This document shows positions 24,793-29,613 of a DNA stretch of 29,613 bases, piece by piece. Source of the DNA: Myxococcota bacterium. Its GTDB lineage: Bacteria; Myxococcota_A; Polyangia; Polyangiales; Sandaracinaceae. Within the stretch, counting starts at the first letter, position 1, and each line of letters opens with the position of its first letter. The stretch covers positions 1 to 29,613 of the forward strand of contig JAYZQJ010000257.1 in NCBI GenBank assembly GCA_036149055.1, read 5' to 3'. The notes beneath the pieces are model-generated. The model saw nothing but the letters and a program-made list of their open reading frames with translations, was not told the origin of the DNA and searched no databases. The translations under genes and the position numbers were made by a program.

Positions 24793-25971
24793 ATGAGTCA
24801 CCCCAGTTCAGGTCACGCGCCGAAGAGCTCGCTCGGGATCGACCTGGGGACGACCCACACCGTGGTCGCTCACCGCGCCGAGGTGCTGCGCGTCAGCCGC
24901 GAGCCCGGGCGAGAGACGCTGCTCCCCTCCGTGGTGGCCTACCCGCCGACCGGCGAGACCCTCGTGGGCTGGCCGGCGCGGAACCGGCGCGCCATCGACC
25001 CGCGCCACACCCTGGCCTCGACCAAGCGCCTGATCGGGGCGGCCTGGGAGAGCTACCGCGCCAAGCGCTTCGCCGAGCGCCACCCCTACGAGCTGATCGA
25101 GCGCGAGGGCGCCGCGGCGCTGCGCACCCGCCAGGGCGTGGTCTCGCCGTCGCAGGTGGCGGCCGCCGTGCTCGGCGAGGCCTGCGGGGTCGCGGAGTGC
25201 GAGCCCTCGACCCACGCGGCCGTGATCTCGGTGCCCGCCGGCTTCGAAGCGGACGAGCGCGCGGCGACGCTGGACGCGGCGCGAAAGGTCGGCTTCCCGC
25301 AGGCCCGCCTGATCGAGGAGCCGGTCGCCACCGCGGTGGCCTACCTCGAGCGCTCGAACCTCCGCTACGCCGTCATCTACGACCTCGGCGGCGGCACCTT
25401 CGACCTCGCGGTGGTGGACTGCACCCGGCACCCCTTCCGCGTCGTCGGTCACGGCGGCGACCCCTACCTCGGCGGCGACGACGTCGACCGCATCTTCGCG
25501 ACCCGGGTGGCCGAGCGCATCCTGCGCTCCGAGCGCTGGGACGTCGCGAGCGACCCGGAGACCTTCGCGCGGCTGACGGTGCACGCGGAGGCGGCGAAGG
25601 TCGCCCTCGGCGACACGGCGGCGGTGCAGGTCGCGCTCGACGAGATCGACGAGGCGGCGCCGAGCGCGGCCCCGGTCACCTTCCAGCGCGCCGACCTCGT
25701 CGGCATCACCACCGACATCGTGCGCCGCACCTTCGTGGTCTGCGACCACGTGCTCTCGGACGCCGGCCTCCGCACCCGCGACATCGACGCGGTGTTCCTG
25801 GCCGGCGGCTCCACGTCGCTCCCCGGGCTGCGGGAGATGGTGGGCGAGTACTTCGGCAAGCGCGCCCGCTTCGATCTCGACCCGATGCACGTCGTCGCCC
25901 GCGGCGCGAGCCTCGCCGCCCTCCGGCCGGATCTGCACCGCCTGCTCGAGGCGGACGGCTACGCGGCCTGA
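24793..25971 (+). CDS. Hsp70-family protein consisting of the nucleotide-binding domain only (392 aa)
   Basis: GIDLGTT, STKRLIG, ISVPAGF, LIEEPVATAVAY, YDLGGGTFD, LGGDDVD, FLAGGSTSLP, DPMHVVARGA; it stops before the linker and substrate-binding domain; GAGGA RBS. Confidence 0.9.
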   Translation: MSHPSSGHAPKSSLGIDLGTTHTVVAHRAEVLRVSREPGRETLLPSVVAYPPTGETLVGWPARNRRAIDPRHTLASTKRLIGAAWESYRAKRFAERHPYELIEREGAAALRTRQGVVSPSQVAAAVLGEACGVAECEPSTHAAVISVPAGFEADERAATLDAARKVGFPQARLIEEPVATAVAYLERSNLRYAVIYDLGGGTFDLAVVDCTRHPFRVVGHGGDPYLGGDDVDRIFATRVAERILRSERWDVASDPETFARLTVHAEAAKVALGDTAAVQVALDEIDEAAPSAAPVTFQRADLVGITTDIVRRTFVVCDHVLSDAGLRTRDIDAVFLAGGSTSLPGLREMVGEYFGKRARFDLDPMHVVARGASLAALRPDLHRLLEADGYAA

Positions 25972-26073
25972 GCCCCGGCCGGTCGTAGCGCTCGAGCGAG
26001 CGGCTGTGGTCTAATGTGCGCACGCTCGCTCCCGCGGCCGATCCGGCCCGGGGGCAGCGTCGTAAGGGGCCCC

Positions 26074-29000
26074 GTGAACGCGGATGTGACGATGCGGGAC
26101 GCCCTCGCGGTGGCGAGGGTCGAGGAGCTCCGGGGCGTCGGCCCCGACGGAGCCTGCTACGTCACCGACGTCGACGGGCGCCCGGCCGAGGTGTGGCGGC
26201 TCGAGCCAGAGGCGCTCGACGCCGAGGCGCGGCGGCGGCTCTCCGCGCTGCGCGGGCTCGACCACCCGGGGCTGCTCGGGCTGCTGGAGCTGTCCCTCGA
26301 CGAGCCGCGGCCGAGCCTCACCCGGGAGCCGGGGCGGTGGCGCTGGGAGGAGCTCGCCAGCTGGACCGGCGACGCGGGCGCGCTGCGGGCCGGGCTCGCG
26401 CGGCTGGCCGGCGGGCTCGCGGCCGCGCACAAGCTCGACGTGGTGCACGGGGCGCTGGGGCCGTCGTGTCTCGTGGTCGGCGAGGACGGAGCGCCCCGGC
26501 TCGATCTGAGCGGGCTGCGGGTTCGACCGGGGCAGCCGCCCGAGGTCGCGCCCGAGCTCTCCCGGGGCGGGCGCGCGAGCGCGGCGGCGGACGTGTGGGC
26601 GCTCGGGCGTCTGCTGGCGTCCCTCCCCGCGGCGCGCGAGGTCGAGCTCGTCGCCCGCATGTGCGACCCCGACCCGGAGCGGCGCCCGCGGGCGGAGCAC
26701 GTCGCGGAGGCGCTCGGCGCGGCGCCGAAGCCCAAGCTCGCGGCGGTCGGGGAGGGCGACGCGGCCCGCTTCGGCATCCCGGACCGCCTCGGCGCGTACG
26801 CGCTCCAGGAGCAGATCGGGGCCGGCGGCATGGGGCGGGTCTTCCGCGCCCTCGACGTGGCCAGCGGGGGCGACGTCGCGCTCAAGGTGCTGCTCTCCAA
26901 CTGGGCCAAGGACCCGGAGCTGGTCGCGCGCTTCCGCCGCGAGGCGCGGGTGCTCGCGCAGGTGCAGAGCCCCTACGTGGCCCGGTTCGTCGCCGCCAAC
27001 GAGGACGCGGGCTTCCACTACCTGGTGATGGAGCTGGTCGGCGGGCGCTCGGCGGAGGCGCTGCTCAAGGAGCGGCGGCGGCTCGACGTCGACCTCGCCC
27101 TCGGGGTCGTCTGCGACGTGGCCCGCGCGGTCGGAGAGATGCACGCCCTCGACCTCGTGCACCGGGACATCAAGCCGGCCAACATCCTGGTCGACGAGTC
27201 CGGGGCCGAGCCGGTGGTGAAGCTCTGCGACTTCGGCATCGCGCGCGCCATCTCCCCCGAGCCCGAGCAGCAGCTCACCCAGGCCGGGGCGCCCGGCACG
27301 CCGTCCTACATGTCGCCGGAGCAGGTCGAGGGGCGCACGGTGGACGCGCGCACGGACGTCTACGCGCTCGGCGCCACGCTCTACTGCCTGCTCGCGGGCC
27401 GGCCGCCCTTCATCGGCACCGCGCACCTCGTGATGATCTCGCACCTGAGCGAGGATCCGGCGCCGCTCCGTGACCACGACCCTTCCATCCCGCAGGGCAT
27501 CTCGGACGTGGTGATGCGCTGCCTCGCGAAGTCGCCGGACGAGCGCTTCCCGGACGCGACCGCGCTGCACGAGGCGCTCCACGCGGCGTGGCGAGGCGCG
27601 ACCGAGCAGACCCTGGCGCTGCCCCAGACCCACGGGCTCGAGGGCAAGCCCCGGGTCTACGACTTCGCCTGGACGCTGCGCGCCGACCCGGAGGAGCTCT
27701 GGCCGCACGTCAGCAACACCGAGCGGCTCAACCGCGCCGCCGGGCTCGACGACGTGGAGTGGTCGCACGGCCCCGGCGAAGGCTACGTGCAGACCGAGGG
27801 CAGCTTCCGCGCGGCGGGCATGGAGCTGCGCTGGAAGGAGAACCCCTTCGAGTGGGTCGCGCCGCGGCGGCTCGGGGTGGTGCGCGAGTACGTCGCCGGG
27901 CCCTTCGAGTGGCTCCGGAGCACGGTGGAGATGATCCCGCGGCCCGAGGGTGGCACCGAGCTGCGGCACAAGATCGAGATCCGGCCGCGCGGCATCCTCG
28001 GGATCGCGGCGGCCACCGTCGAGGTCGGCATGCGGCTCCGGCGCGGGCTCGAGCGGGTCTACCGCCGCATCGACACCGCCTGCATGACCGCCCGCGAGAG
28101 CGCGCGGCCGGGATCGATCCGTCCGGTCGATCCCTTCGAGCCGCCCGAGCGGGCGACCGAGCGGCTCCGGGAGCGGGTCGACGGGCTGCTCGAGCGGGTG
28201 GTGGAGCGGGGCGGCGATCCGCACGTGGCGGAGGCGCTCGGCAGCTTCGTGTGCACGGCGCCGTCGCAGCGCCTCGGGCGGCTCCGGCCGCGGGCCTGGG
28301 CGCGCGAGAACGGCTTCGAGGAGTCGCTCGTGGTCGACACGCTGCTGCTCGCGGCGGCCGAGGGCGTGCTCGAGGTCATGTGGGACATCCTCTGCCCGAG
28401 CTGCCGCATCCCGAGCGGCATCGAGGAGTCGCTGCGGGCCCTCGGGGAGCACGGCCGCTGCGAGGTCTGCGACCTCGACTTCGACCTCGACATGGCGCGC
28501 TCGGTGGAGCTGGTGTTCCGGGCGCACCCGGCCATCCGGCCCGCGGACGTCGGCGTCTACTGCATCGGCGGGCCGGCCCACTCGCCGCACGTCGTCGCGC
28601 AGGTCCGCCTCGTGCCGGGCGAGCGGTTCGCGCTCTCCCTGGAGCTGGCGCCCGGCCGGTTCCAGGTGACGGGCCGCGGGCTGCCGCAGCGCTGGTCGTT
28701 CACCGTCGACCCGCGCGCGGCCTTCGAGCGGTGGGACCTGCCGCTCCGCGCCGGCGCCTCGCCGGACGTGCCGCGCAGCCTCCGCCCCGGCGACGTGCAG
28801 ATCTTCTTGACCAACGATCTCGACCACGAGGTCGTGGTGCGCCTCGAGCGCGCGACCCTGCGAGACGACGCGGTCACCGCCGCCGACGCGGCCGCCTCCG
28901 CGCTCTTCCGGCAGCTCTTCCCGGACCAGGTGCTCGCGCCCGACCGGCTCGTCGCGATCGCCGACGTCGCGCTCCTCTTCGCGCGGGTGTCCGACGCCCT

Positions 29001-29433
29001 CGATCGCTTCGAGCGCGAGGAGACCGAGGTGCACCGCGAGCTGGTGGCGCTCTCGAGCGAGGTCGAGCAGGCCGCGCACCTCGAGGGGGGCGCGCTGGTG
29101 AAGCTACACGGCGACGGAGTGATGGCGGTCTTCTCGGACCGCGTGGCCGCGGTGCGCGCGGCGCTGCGGATCGCCCGGCCCGACGCCACCGTCGGCCTCG
29201 GCCTCCACGCCGGCCCGGCGCGTATGACCTCGATCGGCGGCCAGCTCGACTACTTCGGCAAGACCCTGCACCTCGCCGAGCACATCAGCCGCGCGGCTCA
29301 CGCGGGGGAGCTGGTGGTGAGCGACGCCCTGCTCGAGGACCCGCGCATGTCCCCGCTCCTCGGCGCGCAGCTCGAGGCGCGTGGGTATCTCCGGGTCGGT
29401 AGCCTGCTCGCCGGTCGGCTCGCCGCGCGCTGA
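26074..29433 (+). CDS. Multidomain Ser/Thr kinase: pseudokinase - kinase - SRPBCC-like - DUF5939-like - degenerate class III nucleotidyl cyclase (start uncertain: 26014, 26074 or 26092)
   Basis: Intact GAGGMG, VALK, HRDIKPAN, DFG, YMSPEQ, DVYALG; upstream degenerate copy VHGALGP..DLS..APE..DVWALG; LWPHVSNTERLNRAAGL; CPSC..CEVC; YCIGGPAHSPHVVAQ; VKLHGDGVMAVF, GLHAGP, LDYFG. Confidence 0.88.
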   Translation: MNADVTMRDALAVARVEELRGVGPDGACYVTDVDGRPAEVWRLEPEALDAEARRRLSALRGLDHPGLLGLLELSLDEPRPSLTREPGRWRWEELASWTGDAGALRAGLARLAGGLAAAHKLDVVHGALGPSCLVVGEDGAPRLDLSGLRVRPGQPPEVAPELSRGGRASAAADVWALGRLLASLPAAREVELVARMCDPDPERRPRAEHVAEALGAAPKPKLAAVGEGDAARFGIPDRLGAYALQEQIGAGGMGRVFRALDVASGGDVALKVLLSNWAKDPELVARFRREARVLAQVQSPYVARFVAANEDAGFHYLVMELVGGRSAEALLKERRRLDVDLALGVVCDVARAVGEMHALDLVHRDIKPANILVDESGAEPVVKLCDFGIARAISPEPEQQLTQAGAPGTPSYMSPEQVEGRTVDARTDVYALGATLYCLLAGRPPFIGTAHLVMISHLSEDPAPLRDHDPSIPQGISDVVMRCLAKSPDERFPDATALHEALHAAWRGATEQTLALPQTHGLEGKPRVYDFAWTLRADPEELWPHVSNTERLNRAAGLDDVEWSHGPGEGYVQTEGSFRAAGMELRWKENPFEWVAPRRLGVVREYVAGPFEWLRSTVEMIPRPEGGTELRHKIEIRPRGILGIAAATVEVGMRLRRGLERVYRRIDTACMTARESARPGSIRPVDPFEPPERATERLRERVDGLLERVVERGGDPHVAEALGSFVCTAPSQRLGRLRPRAWARENGFEESLVVDTLLLAAAEGVLEVMWDILCPSCRIPSGIEESLRALGEHGRCEVCDLDFDLDMARSVELVFRAHPAIRPADVGVYCIGGPAHSPHVVAQVRLVPGERFALSLELAPGRFQVTGRGLPQRWSFTVDPRAAFERWDLPLRAGASPDVPRSLRPGDVQIFLTNDLDHEVVVRLERATLRDDAVTAADAAASALFRQLFPDQVLAPDRLVAIADVALLFARVSDALDRFEREETEVHRELVALSSEVEQAAHLEGGALVKLHGDGVMAVFSDRVAAVRAALRIARPDATVGLGLHAGPARMTSIGGQLDYFGKTLHLAEHISRAAHAGELVVSDALLEDPRMSPLLGAQLEARGYLRVGSLLAGRLAAR

Positions 29434-29443
29434 GGGCGCTGCT

Positions 29444-29613
29444 TCTTGCTGGAGGGTTTGGTGCAAACCCTCCCCCCATTGGGCGAAGCGCCAATGGGGC
29501 CCCCCTCCCGACTCCGTCGGGGCCTCGCGCGCTTCGCGCGCTGGCCCCGCGACCCCAGCGACGGGGCGCTGGGGGCCCTGCGGCTCGCGCTCGCGCTGCG
29601 CGCTCGCTGGCCG
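29444..29613. repeat. Multi-hairpin element related to the copy 1/2 family (truncated at the window end)
   Basis: Consecutive stems GGAGGGTTTG/CAAACCCTCC (29451-29473), CCCCATTGG/CCAATGGGG, CCCGAC-TCC-GTCGGG, GCGCGC-TTC-GCGCGC and CCCCAGCG/CGCTGGGG. It shares TCTTGCTGG..AGGG with the copy 2 start, and GGGGCCCCCC and GCGGCTCGCGCTCGCGCT with copy 1. Confidence 0.8.

Noticed and set aside
24793..25971. Calling this gene dnaK
   Set aside because: It lacks the substrate-binding domain and has no dnaJ/grpE context.
26011..29079. 1022-aa minus-strand ORF and similar long overlapping ORFs (36-2000, 7874-10177, 20791-22569, 22682-24796)
   Set aside because: Antisense or alternate-frame shadows of well-supported genes, with low-complexity Arg/Gly/Ala/Pro composition.

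Overview
Very GC-rich bacterial chromosomal DNA, most likely from a myxobacterium. This is inferred from a MYXO-CTERM-like sorting tail, a DUF2330 protein, a multidomain Hanks kinase and sigma-54 promoters. The window has 19 credible CDS: an FHA/Zn-ribbon/TM/transglutaminase-like protease, a YbjN-like protein, a putative beta-barrel OMP, a FabH-like KAS III, an M48 peptidase plus dynamin-like GTPase, DUF4241, a 4xCBS protein, a NUDIX hydrolase, DUF4332, argH-lysA, a catalytically degenerate P1B-ATPase, an L,D-transpeptidase, an esterase/extensin-like fusion, a WcaJ-like priming glycosyltransferase, DUF2330, an NBD-only Hsp70 and a pseudokinase-kinase-SRPBCC-DUF5939-pseudocyclase. No rRNA, tRNA, CRISPR or transposase was recognised. 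The most unusual features are two intergenic repeat families. The first is a modular hairpin element (1-495, 22400-22800, related copy 29444-end) in which most hairpin loops read GNA on the minus strand. The second is a 178/221-bp modular tandem repeat (7514-8265) whose substitutions preserve plus-strand pairing. Several intact but catalytically degenerate enzymes also stand out. All family assignments come from motif recognition by eye; no searches were run.
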